A DNA stretch of 64,000 nucleotides. Origin: Lepidodermella squamata. Taxonomy: Eukaryota > Animalia > Gastrotricha. Made by a program: the position numbers and the translations under genes. Shown piece by piece: positions 27,940 to 40,100 of this stretch. Each line of letters starts with the position of its first letter. Position 1 is the stretch's first letter. The notes beneath the pieces were generated by a model. That model saw only the letters and a program-made list of their open reading frames with translations. It was not told the origin of the DNA and did no database searches. The stretch spans positions 2,170,001 to 2,234,000 of the forward strand of contig JBLDXI010000029.1 of NCBI GenBank assembly GCA_047495785.1, in the 5' to 3' direction.

Positions 27940-29158
27940 GGCCGCCCAGAACAAATTTTAGTGGGTAATGTAAATATACCGCCGGTTCAGAGATGATAAA
28001 AAAATTTCCACTTCAAAATTCCCCGCAAATGTGAACAACTGGTAGGGCGCTACGGTCAAACGAAGAAAAATGAAATGATTCATACGATAATAAATGCATC
28101 GTAAATAATATGAAGAATAAAGCCTGCCGCTCTCCCGTAGTAGAAAGAAATGGCGACTGGGGGCCCTTCATGAGAAGAAAGGCCCAGGTCCGGCCTGTTT
28201 CTCGATGATCACATAACACATAACGAGTGACGAGTGATGAAACCCAAGAATCCCGAAGAAGAAATAATACCCTCATCATTCAAAATCAATTCAGCTCATG
28301 GAAAAGCTTAGATTTTGTGGAAATCGAACAGCACTCAGCCCCGACTTCGATATAACACAATATTTCGTTCAATTGCGAATTTCGGGCAGCATTCTTTGGG
28401 CCGACTCCTGCGCGTTAACGCCCCTTGTCCTTTCGAGACAATAGCGCTGCAGCAAAATAATTTGAGAAAGGATAAAAGCCAATCAATTGTACAAATAAAA
28501 TAAAATCCGGAGAAAATTATTTTGAAACAGATGAAAATGCAGAGCTATATTTGCTAATCGGGAATTGTCGGGGGGGGGGGGGGGGGTCGGGAATAATTAA
28601 TCTGTTTAGTTAAATGTAGTTGTTTAACTTAAAAGTCCCAAAACTTTCGACGACGACCGTAAAACGGCAAGTTTCACCGAATAAAGCTCGACAATTCCCG
28701 ATTAGCAAATAGCTCTGCACTTTCATCTGTTTCAAAATAAGTTTCTCCGGATTTTATTTCATTCGTACAATTGATTGGCTTTTATCCTTTCCATTCTCAT
28801 ATTATTTTGCTGCACAAGCCAATTACAACACAAGTTAGAGGAACTCTCCTGGGCCTTTCTTCTCATGAAGGGCCCCCAGTCGCCATTTTTTCCTACGGGA
28901 GAGCGGCAGGCTTTATTCTTCATATTATTTACGATGCACTTATTATCGTATGAATCATTTCATTTTTCTTCGTTTGACCGTAGCGGCCTACCAGGTGTTC
29001 AAATTGCGAGGAATTTTGAAGTCGAAATTTTTTGATCATCTCTGAACCGGCAGTATATTTACATTACCTACTAAATTTGCTTTGGGCGGCCAGCACTCAG
29101 CCCCGACGTCGATATGACATAATATTTCGTTTAAGTGCAAACGTTTCGGGCAGCATTC
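27940..29158. repeat. Nested inverted duplication (two arm pairs) plus a direct repeat and a central G17 run
   Basis: 27940-28188 is inverted at 28848-29091; 28448-28570 is inverted at 28689-28814; 28329-28394 is directly repeated at 29091-29158; poly-G at 28570-28586. Confidence 0.9.
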
Positions 29159-29711
29159 CTCCTGGAAATTACCACAATGGCGCCGCATGGATCTTGGAAT
29201 TTGCGCCATTGCATCAGCTTTGTTCCTGGCTCGAACCGCTTCAGCGGCACGCGATCGCTATCGACGACATGGTTGAGCTTGAAATCGACATTGATCAGAT
29301 CGGTGAATTGGTTGCTATAAGCTATGAGTTGATAACTCAAGTTCGAAGGTATGCGATTCTTCGGCGAAGCATCAGGCCAATTTTACGCGAAGATTTGACA
29401 GGAATAAAGATAGCGAACATATAAATCAAATCAAATTTGAATCCATATCGGCCCATATCGGCCGAAAAGCTTGATTCGTGACAAAGAAATTATCTGAATC
29501 TTTTATTTTCTCATTGAAATCTTTTGAGATGATTGATTCAATTATCGCTTTATTCGGAAATCGACTTCCAACCCATGGTGGATCATTGTTAAAGCGGACT
29601 GGGTAAATTTGTTTATGATTAAGATGAGAAAATAAAATGATCCGATGGTTTGCCCCCAGCTCTTCCATGGCATTGAATGGTGCCATTTCCTTCTTCTCAG
29701 TGACAATGTCA

Positions 29712-29980
29712 TCATAGCCACCCAACGTAGCGATAACAGTCTCGTATGCATTTGTTCTCAAGATTCGGATGTTTGAACGTCGTCGCGCACTCGTTGATGC
29801 AAATCGTAAGTGGCCATCTTCCTCTGAAAATTATATAGAATAATTTTGTGATAAAATATTTGGAATTTTAATATTTAATTACCCAACTCGTTTAACCGCA
29901 ACAATTTCGGCCGAATTCAGGTCGAGCAATGTCGAAGCTACGACTACTAAAACACACAGAGAAATTGCGAACCGAACCAT
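29712..29980 (-). CDS. Small secreted prepro-peptide (69 aa, 2 exons) with a KR site and a CxxxC-x12-CxxxC mature peptide
   Basis: Exon 1 29980-29883 MVRFAISLCVLVVVASTLLDLNSAEIVAVKRV; 59-nt intron GTAATT...TTTTCAG (29882-29824); exon 2 completes GGRWPLTICINECATTFKHPNLENKCIRDCYRYVGWL followed by tandem TGA TGA. Confidence 0.7.
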
Positions 29981-30228
29981 TTTTTCACAAACAAAAAAAA
30001 TCCGCATTTGATTAAACAAAAATCTTATCTTTATTTGACACGGTTAATAATTAGGTTAAAATTCACGAATAATTTGTCGCGCAATTCAACTCATCGCATC
30101 GCGGCATAATTATTTATCACGAAATCTCTGAAACGAAAAACTGAAATTCTTATCATTTTATGACATTTGAAAGATAACTGCACACGCAATATATAGTTGA
30201 TTTGAGGTCAATACTTCGAGTCGGTGTT

Positions 30229-33200
30229 TTACACCAAGGAAACAATCAAGGTGAAAGCCTGGGTGACAGTCAGCGGTTGTTGTTCGGTATTCAGCGACAC
30301 GGTTAGCAGCTTGTCCTGCGCATTGTACGTGCTATTGATAGTCGGGCACGACGTCGCTCGGCCATCGACAGCCGCCAAACAGTCGAGCGTTATCGTTTTC
30401 GGCTGGCTCGGGAAATTGATGAAAACAACGTCCGAATACGGCAGATCCGCGCCTAGTTTCGCATCACTTGCAGGGTGTTTGACCGAGGCGGTCAGCACGG
30501 TTTTATTGGCGTCTTGTTTCGAGTTGTAGACAACGAAAAGGTAAGAGCCATCTTTCACCGTGTCGATCGACTCGCCATCGTCCCAGAATAAATGACCGTC
30601 AGCGGTTTGATTCGAGCAGCTCGGTACGACTGTGAGTTGGAAAGGCTGTTTGCGCGTCGTCATGGTTGAGATGATCGGGCCGTCGTTGACACCCTGCGTT
30701 GAGACAACGGTTCCGTCGCGTTGAAGCAGCGCCGGGCCGTCGACGTTTATTGTCGTGTATTTTCCACCCGAAGTAGCGCAATTGTCCTAGCAATTTATGA
30801 AAAAGTTAAAAATCGAATTCTAAAAGTTAAAGTTAAAGTTAAGTTAAAGTTAAAAATTCGATTTTCAAAGGTTCAAAAAAAATGAAATTTAAAAAAATTC
30901 AAATTTAAAAAGTTTGATTTTAAAATTTCAAAAAATTGAATCTTAACTTTTCAGAATATGCAATTTTTTATTTTTAATTTTCAGATTTTCTAAAATTTCT
31001 TAACCCGTTAGCGCCCAGACCATGATCCCGCATCCCGACTCAAAAATGGATGCGATTTTCGGAATCTAGGCTAAAATAAATGGTATATTCCAAGCTCCCG
31101 GGAATTTTTCCAAGTTCCCCGACGAAGTTAGGGTATTACGTCATACCCTGTACTTTTCCCTATATTAATATTATCTCACTAATACACTAATAATAATCTA
31201 AGTACTGGAAAAAATCGTCAAATTTTTGACAAGAATACCATTTTCAATTTGTTTCCGATCGCCTTAATCAATCGGCCTCGTGTGGGCCGTAATGAAATCG
31301 GAAAAAATCCGTCAAAAAAATGGGGGGTCGTGAGTCTTGTTTTGACATGATTACGTAATGTCCGATTGATCGAATTGGTATCGATTTTCGAAGATTGGAA
31401 TCCCACCCTGCTTAGGTAACAGTAGAGGCCACATGCCAAGCCATACATCAGTAGATAGCTGGGATTATGATCTACTTGAATTTGGCATAGTCCGGAAACT
31501 TGGAAACCTCTGCAGAGAAAGAGATAGATCCAAAAACCACGTTCCCAAAGGGGAACATACGGCGCTAACGGGTTAACTAATTTTCTCACCAAGAAACGCG
31601 GCGAACCAGCAGTCCATTGCCACCAGTAGCCATGAGGAACGTAAACAACCGGATTAGCCTGGCCCTGCTGAACAATAGGCGCGACCAAGAAAGACTTTCC
31701 AAGCATAAACTGAACAACAATAATTTTAAAATTTGTGAAAATTCCCTTTAAAGAAAATCAAACCTGTCGGTCGAGATTGTACGTCGCATTATCGGCGGGA
31801 AATTCGAAGAACATCGGTCTAGAAAAATTATCGAACATTTTTATATTAAATGCCTGCCTAAAAATCTTTGATTTCTCAATTTTTCAATTTGAAATTTCCA
31901 ATTTTGCAGGCTTACCTTGCAACAGTATTTCCTTGAGTATTCGCCTTGTAGAACAGCGTGTACATGTAGGGCAAGATTCGGTAGCGCAAACGCATGTACT
32001 CTCGCGACGGATTGGCTACGTCAGGTCCGAAATAGCCAGGATCTTGAGGCGGCGATGGCAAATCGTTGTGGTTACGGCTGTACGGATAGAACGCGCCCAT
32101 TTGCATCCAACGCTTGCACAGCTCAACAGACGGAGTGCCAATAAAGCCGCAAATATCCGGGCCTAAATTTAAAATAATTAATTTAAATTGAAAATTAAAT
32201 TAATGCTGAAAATTTGGAAAAAAATCTTTTTTAAATAAACCAGTGTGGAAAATGCAAAATTCAAATTTTGAAATAATTTTTCAATTTTTTCAAAATTCAT
32301 GTCATTTCGGAAAATTCACCGGAGTGTGCAATGCCGAACATGCTCATTTCGAGCATGCCGATAATTGAGCGTTGCAAGTGTTCCCATTTCGAGACATTAT
32401 CACCCAGCCAATGAGCCACCTTGGCACCGCTACCAGCAAAAGTTGACCTCGACAGAACGAAAGCGCGTTTGCCAACATAGGTGCGTTCCAGCGCCGTTAC
32501 GGTTGAGCGACTTTCAAGCCAGCCGTACAAACTGTGAACGTCATACATTTTCATCTGGCCGTCGTTCGTAATAGCCTCCATGCAAAGGGTCTTATCAGAC
32601 AGACGGCTGTGCCAGGTATTGCTGTCGTAGCGGCTGATAGCATCTTGAAAAAAATTCGAAAAATTCAAGAAAAAAAATCGAATTTTTTTAATTACAGGTT
32701 CGATACGGAGGATCTTCATAGTAGCTGTTGGCGCATTTTAGTGACCATGGGGGCAAACCCGGTGGCCAGTTGAATGGCTGGTACTCGTTGGTGCCGAAAT
32801 TGCTCGGCTCATTCATATCGACCCAAATTCCGTCGAAAGGAAATTTCTGTGAGAACTGCTGAACCAAGTAGCTCCAGGTATCAACTGTCCTCTTTAGGAA
32901 ATGATCCGGAAATCCGACCTTGCCTTGAGGCCAAACCTAAACAATTAAGAAAAATTAGGAAAAAAATTCAAATTTTCCTGAAAAATGACTTACGTAACCA
33001 AGCATGACGGTTCCATTAGGGAACTTGACAAAAGTATCATTACCATTGAGAACATCCCACGGTTCGTAATTAGTCGCGTTATTCGTAACAGCCGGGTCGA
33101 TAATGATGACTGAACGCAAGCCATTGGTCTTCTTTTCGGTCGCAAGAAAATCGGGCAATTTTCCGAAGTTTTTCTCGTCGATTGTGAAATCTTTACGCTC

Positions 33201-35369
33201 GTCCATGTGATCGATATCGGAGTAGATAACATCGAGCGGGATCGAGTACTGGCGAGTTCGATTTATCGCATCTTGAACGTTTTGCAGATTGTTGTAGCCG
33301 TACTTTGAGAGTTGGAAGCCAAGAGCCCAGTATGGAGGGATGAAAGGCCGGCCAACAAACTAAAAAGGACATTTTTAATACAATTATCAAGAAAAAATAA
33401 GAAAATTAATACTTCAGTATGTTGCTGGATAACATTCTCAGGGGTCGGGCCGATGTAGACGTGAAAATCGAAAATGCCGCCGATTGTTCGAATAATGACT
33501 CCAGGGGCAGGAATTAGTGAATATTCTGAAATTCAGGAGTTAAATTTAAAAAAAAATTAAATTTAAAATTAAATCTCACCCATCGCATTCGAATTTAACA
33601 TGAAAACTCCGCTAGCATTGCCGTCATCTTCAAGTACCATGTAAAATGGATGAACGCCATACAGCGGTAAATTCTGGGGAATAATTAAATTTTAATTAAA
33701 TTTTTTTATTTTTTTTTCTCACCTCGCCAAGGCCAGGTTGATCTCGAGCGAACATAGCATGGGTCTTGTAATACAAATCGTGTAAGAGTGCTGGGTGTTC
33801 ATGTTCGCCAAGGCCATAGAACTGCTTCGAGGGCAGCGTGGTTGAAATCTGGAGGAACCGGTCAGAGTAGACAAAACCGCCGAGTGATGTGTTGAAAATA
33901 ACGGCGCCATTCGATTTGCGAGTGATGACGAAAGAGAACGGCTTTTTCGTGTACGAAAACGTGAATGCGGCCGTGTCGGGTGTTGAATTCGAAGGCTGAA
34001 GCGGCGAATCGAATGGAACTACGTAACGATCTCTATCCACGTCTTCGACCTAAATTTAAAAATTTAAAAAAAATTAAATTTTGAATTTTTTCAAATTTCA
34101 ATTTTTTTACATTTTTAATTAAAATTTGAAATAATTTCATTTCATTTTTGAAGTGGACTGACAACCAGGATCGGTGGCTTACCACTGGTCCTCCCCCGAC
34201 ACTCGGTTCGTCTAGCGTGGGGATAAAAACAAAGACTGCGCTAGGCGGGCTGGGTACACCGGGGTGAATTTTATTTTATAATTTTTCCTTCCTATTCGCT
34301 ATTCCTTGTTGTTAATCTTTGTTCTGTATTATATCGGTAAAAGAAGGAAAATATAAAATAAAGATAATGTTATGTTATGTTTTGAAATAATTTTTCATGA
34401 CGTTTTAATGACGTCATTGCTTTCTTGGCACCATTTGCGCATTTTTTCAGAATTTTTTTTCAATTTCAAGTTCTGCACGCATCCCGACAATTATGAATAT
34501 GCTAATGAGGTGTCCAAAGTTGCCCCATAAGTGTCCAAATTTAGCCCAACCGCGCACCATTTTTATGAAATCAAGGTAAAATGGGAAAATTACCAAATTT
34601 TGCACAGATATGGGAAGTGAGCCCCCTCCTCATGACCTGCAATTTTCACGTTTTTATAATTTTTTCCTGATTTTCTAGAGCTGAAAACCATGTTTTTTTC
34701 CAAAATACCTACACTTACGGTATTTAAAAAATTGATTAAAAATGATCAAAAATAATCAGAATTTTAAATAGAATAGGTAACTACGCTTAAAATTGATAAA
34801 ATTAAATTAAATAAAAAAAAATAACCAACCGTTATCTGAACATGTTCGTCATTCAGAATTTTGGCCGTCAGTAGCACGTGACTGATGGGCGGGTCGAAAA
34901 TCGGCACCGAAGACATCGGTTTAAGGTAGATCATTTCGAGAACGAACACCCCAGTCTCAGGATCGCGGCCTTTCATGTAGTAACTCGAATTTGGCATTTC
35001 AAAAACTTCGTAGCCAATACTGGGCGGCATGTAGCACGGCGGAACCTCTGGAATGCCGTTTGTGTTTTCGTCGAAGGTGCAATTTCTCGCCTGGCATTGC
35101 TCCTTCGAAATGCCCCAAGGTTGGTTAGGATAACCCTGCCGTTCTGGGAAGCAATTGATGCGGGAGAACAGGTCTTGAACCGAGGTTTTCGTATGCCAGT
35201 CGAATGATTGGCCGGTGAATCGTAAATACGCAAAAAATCCAGCCAAAACCGCGCCGAAAATGAAAATTGCAGCGACTAGGAAGGTAACAGCTCGCAGGGT
35301 TGGCCGGGGAACATAACGCCGCCGAATTCGCTTCGTACTGCCTTCGACCTCAACTAACGGTTCATCCAT
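30229..35369 (-). CDS. GH31 alpha-glucosidase copy 3, type II membrane, with enlarged AT-rich introns
   Basis: [24 protein letters not shown]; trefoil [20 protein letters not shown]; FYGLGEHEH; WVDMNE (~32825-32808); HWLGDN; [13 protein letters not shown]; LFWDDGES. Confidence 0.92.
31004..31572. mobile_element. piggyBac-type non-autonomous element (MITE) in an intron of GH31 copy 3
   Basis: 12-bp perfect TIR CCCGTTAGCGCC / GGCGCTAACGGG flanked by a TTAA duplication (31000-31003, 31573-31576); 569 bp; no transposase. Confidence 0.9.
34153..34379 (+). mobile_element. Retroposed insert (5'-truncated LINE 3' end or SINE-like) antisense in intron 1 of GH31 copy 3
   Basis: 7-bp TSD TTTTGAA (34146-52, 34380-86); GC-rich hairpins at the 5' end; AATAAA at 34357-62 followed by an (ATGTT)n-like tail. 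Confidence 0.65.
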
Positions 35370-35762
35370 GGTTATAGGAAAACTTGACTAGCTTGCTGGT
35401 TTTCCCTGTGTGTGTATAATTTTATGTGTGTGTGTGGTTTGAGTGAAAAAACTATAAGCGCGTGCCAGTGAAGCTAATATACCTGCGTAATTTTATGGGT
35501 TAAAACTACGATAAGGGCCTGCCCTTTTTATGAATGAATAAATCGTGGCGTGAAAGTCAGCAGTTCAATGGCGAGCACGTGCTCGAGCCTACCAGATGGT
35601 TCTAACTCGCAGTGTGCATCATAATTTTTTTTCGCTTTTTTTGTTTGGATTATCTCGACATTTACTTGCGTCCAACACACAATTGAATTTTTTATTTCGT
35701 ATCCTCGAATAAAACGATGTTGCTGTGACCTGATTGCAAAAATATCCATGTCACGGTTTGTC

Positions 35763-37047
35763 CTATTTGTCCAGCCGGAATGCTCGACATAATTCTGAGT
35801 CGGGTGACAATAGATCGGCGGCGGTTTTCCATGCTTCTGCGTAAATTGACTGACTAGGCTGTTGGCTTTGATCGGACTCAGCTGTTGATCCAGCTAGCGA
35901 GCTATGGATAGCTCTAATTTGAATTAACCGACCAGCTATGAAAACCTGTATTTTCAAAAATCAAAAAAATTTCAAATAAAATTTTTAAAATTTATTAAAT
36001 TTTTTATTTATTTAATAATTTTAAATTTGAATAATTTCACGATTTTTCTTCATTTTTTCTTACACAATTTTAACCGATTTTTAAAAACAAAGAATTTTAC
36101 CGGAAGAACTTCCAACTCTGCTCGAGTTAGGCGAGCATGTTGATCGTAGGCTTCCAGAAAAGCTCGGGCGCATTTTGGTCTATCACATTCTCCGACCATT
36201 ATTCCAGTCAAAGCAACAGTTGGCTCCATGAGCCGATGCGTGACTCGAGCGTCAGAAAAATCAAAACATCCTACAATTTGCTCGCGGTCTTCACTGCTGA
36301 CCAACAGATTTCGGCCATGCAAATCGCAATGAACCATTTGTATCGGTAATTGGCCATCAATGATCAATGGAACAATTTTTGAGTCGTAAATCTCAAGGTA
36401 CCGCTCAGCAAACGAACGCTGCTCATCAGGTAATTTTGCGATCAATTGCCGCGTGTCGTAGTAAGAAATTTTCATCAATAAATCAGTCGTGACTCGTTGA
36501 TCATAAAATGGGTTCTTGAAGGAACGGAAGGTTGTGTCAAGTCGACCCGCAAAGTCACCGATTCTAGACGCTAAAAGCTCGGTATAGCTCCGATGGACTA
36601 ATTCGCCTTTGAGATACGTCGTAAGTCGAAAACGACGATTTATACCCTGAAAATCTTTGGTGAAAAATTAAAAAAGAAATCAAGGCTGGGAAAGGCACTG
36701 ACTAGTTTCTCCGTAAACCTTTCCATCTATGGTTTTCACAATTTCTGGGACAGGGTAACCAGCTTCCTTACAGAAGGTCATGAGGGCAACTTCAGCCACT
36801 TGGTTTGGAATACAAAATTTAATTTTTAATTATGTCCTTGCTTAAATAGGTCCTTTATACCGATTTGTTCAGCATCAGACGTGAACTCGTCCTTGAAAAC
36901 TTTGAAAGTTAGATCCCCATGGCTTGGCGATACAACATGAAAGGTTCGATCCTCCGATCCTCTTTGTTCAGTCACGGAGGTGGCTGAAATTCCATAAAAC
37001 CTTTTGATTAGGTCCACTAAATCAACTCCCTCAACCAAATATTCCAT
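35763..37047 (-). CDS. HYKK: Hydroxylysine kinase / aminoglycoside-phosphotransferase-fold kinase
   Basis: FYGISATSVTEQRGSEDRTFHV, GYPVPEIVKTIDG, FRLTTYLKG, catalytic-loop VHCDLHGRNLLV, GCFDFSD, FLEAYDQHARLTRAELEVLP; four exons. Confidence 0.8.
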
Positions 37048-37112
37048 TATTTTTATAGGTGTAAAAATTCTAATCCCAAAATTTCAAAATAAATTAATTT
37101 TTTTATTGATTT

Positions 37113-40100
37113 TTAAACGGTACTGCGTAAAAAGTTGACAATAAACTTTCGACCACCGACAGTTGAAATCAAATTAAGCATAGATTCTGAAAGCGGAGTG
37201 CCAGCGTTTTTTTCGATGAAGGAGCTTAGCAAGCCAACAGCAGCTTCTCGCACCTCGTCCAGCTTAAAATTCCCGGCCATCATTAGACCGTAGAAAACGC
37301 CATCAACGCATAGCCCAGCGACTTCTTCATCCAGAGTGAACGCGGCCGCCTCGAATCCGGCCTTGAAAGCTGGCTGAAAAACAGCCCATGATGTCTCGAA
37401 CATCGCTTTGATAACGCATGTTGGCGGTTTGGCCTTGTCGATGTAAGTCTCCGTGTACAACAATTCGTTACAGGCTACACTAAGATCGCGTCGATTTCGA
37501 GCAGCTCGGAGTGACTCATCCGCCGCTAATCTCATGAGTTCAGTTTGTTGTTCAAACAAAACTGACTGACCATTACCCCGACCGAGTGATGTGGTCAACT
37601 TGACAGGGCTTGAGGAAACGCATTGCCTAACAACTTCTGCTGTTGAAATTGTTACTAGAATCTTGTCCTTCTTAATGCTATCGTAGATTTGTTCTAGGAA
37701 GTCTTTCGCGAAATCTTGACCGTCGTTGATTCCTCGATTGTTCTTGATAAAATCATCCTTCGACATGCGTTGCTTCACATTCGGCGAGTGAAGGTCTGTG
37801 TTCAACATGATAACTGAGAAGGCTAGGGTATGGGCCGAACTCGAGCTAGCAATGGCTGTTTGCCGCTTGTTGCACTGCATGTAACGAGCCGCGAATCGTT
37901 CCATAATCCGATCGATCTTCTGACTCTCGCCGGGCAGACGGAATCCCTGGAGGAAAAGTTTCCTCAACGCGGGTAAGAAGTCGAGATCTGTGAAGTCGAA
38001 TAGATTCATGAATGCATCCATCACATCGAGGTTCTCTGCATCAGGCTCGCCGAGATAGTCACCAACTGCCGATCGATCTAACCGTCGTTCATTCCGTAAC
38101 AACTCCGCAATATCCCTAGCATTTGCCGATAAGAATCCATTCTCCTGCATGAACTTAACTCCTTTTACAGGGGTTTTGTTGAAGACATCAATTCCATTAG
38201 AGTATGTGATTTTTTTAGCGAGATGTTTTGAGAAGGACTTGAACGAATGCTTACTCCTCGTTGAGTTGGCCTTTTGATGCAGGTCGGAAAGATGCTTCAT
38301 CAAAGCAACAATGTTTCGATAGCATTCCTTTTTCACTGCCATATCTTCCTCTCGAATACTGTTGCTGAGAAACGAAAGACCAGGAGTTGCTGGCACATAG
38401 TTTACCATCTGAAGGACCAGAACCGCAATTTTCTCGAAGAAGTTGGGGTAAAAAATTTGGCAGTCGTATTCGATGAAGATTTCAAACAATTTGTCCTGCC
38501 TGCATGTTAAATCGAGAAGAAAACGCCGAATAACAGTCTTGAAATCCTGAGGGACGTTCTGGCTCTCGTAGCAGAAGATGAAGTACTCAAGAAGCAAAGC
38601 AATCTCGTCCTTCAGGGCTGATCTCACCCCGACAGAGTCGATAAGTTGGAGGGTTAGGGCTATCAATCGATCTAGAAGTTCAACTGTACAGTTGAAGCCA
38701 CTTTCGATAAGAGCGAATTGAAAATGCCGTTGAGCTGCTGCCAGTAAGTTTTCTACCCCAGTCTCCTCCCGGGCGTAATTGATCATCAGATTAAGAAAGA
38801 TGAATCTTGACCGCTGTTTGTAAGGCGGAAGTCCTCTAATTTTCACGAATTTATTGTCACCAGTAGAAAGACCGCAGAGGACCTCAAGGATTCTAGTTCC
38901 ACTGTTGAGGAGACCAACCCTAGCCAATGCGGTGTCGGACGATTGAATTTTGCGCATCAGACTGGGTGACGGAGGGACTTCGTCGAGATACGCTAGAAGT
39001 AACTCAAGCCCCGGTGTCTCGCTTTGCTGCGTTGAAAAGATACTCAAGCGCCGTGGCCTGCTCAATGGGGTATGTAAGCTGAAGTCGTAATCCTTTGTGT
39101 CTAGCTTCACTGCCACTTTCATCATATTCAGCAGGTATTCGTCAAAACTCTGCCCGTTGGATATAACATTCAGGTGGAAGCTCACTCCGAATGCTTTCAT
39201 CAGAGTTTCTTGCCGATAGCCTCTAAGCGACGAGACGAAGGTAAATAATGTCTGAAATGAAAAGAATTGATCAAGGAAGAACGCTTCTCATTTCGCAAAC
39301 CTGTACAATGAGGTCTTTGTAGATGGACTCCATTAGTGTATGATGTACGGCTAATGCATCCACCCATTCTTCAGCTTCTGTTACATTATTTTCCAAATAA
39401 CCAAGAGCTAGCGATTTCTAAAAATAATTTCTCCAGTAGAAAGCAAGGGATAATCAGAGGTTCAACTTACCTGAAAGCATTTTAGAGCAACTTTTGCCAC
39501 CGGTAAAGTGTTTGTTTGGACTGCAAGTTTAAGGAAGAGCAAAAAGCGGCGCGAGTTTAAAACATAGGGCAGGTCATCAGCCATTCGGCATCGAACGAAA
39601 GACTCAGGCGAAAGTGAGCTGTTTCTAAGGCCAAAATTGTTCAAATGAAGAAGCTGAATCTGTATTCGAAACTTACGGTTCAAGACCATCTATAGATAAA
39701 TCTTGAATTAAACGCGAGTTTTAGGAAAATTCGGAGCTTACCTAGACTAGCGCTGAAAGGGCTAAAGTGCTTCGTTTCGTATTTCAGCTTAACCTTTGAC
39801 CGAATCTTCTCCAGGGCTTGGAGCATAAAGTTTGGTAGCAAGTAACGGAGCTTTAATAACTTAGTCATTAAAATAGTCCTTAACAAAGTTCCCCAATGCC
39901 ATACCTTTGCAGGATCAGCTTTTGTCACTAAACAGCACATGACTAAATGTCTGAAGAGCCGATCGACATTCTCGCCTGATTTCGCGCTCGCCAAGTAGGA
40001 AGCTCTGAGCCTCTGTTCATTCGCGAAGATTTTCTTTACAGTTTTTTCTCTGATGATGGGCTTGTCCCCATTTTCTTCGTCCCTTTTGTTACCAACGAGA

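Noticed and set aside
29131-29761. ORFs 29426-29761, 29131-29340 and 29032-29424 as genes
   Set aside because: Non-ATG starts, no recognisable motifs, and frames that do not join; the canonical splice favours the short peptide frame.
31218-31589. C-terminal part of ORF 31218-31706 as protein-coding
   Set aside because: It is read-through from a GH31 exon past a GTGAG donor into the piggyBac MITE.
34153-34270. Hammerhead ribozyme in the structured insert
   Set aside because: CTGACAA does not match the CUGANGA core, and no correctly placed GAAA and stem arrangement was found.
34400-34722. pogo/Tc1-like end (TACGGTA) in GH31 copy 3 intron 1
   Set aside because: No matching opposite terminus found.
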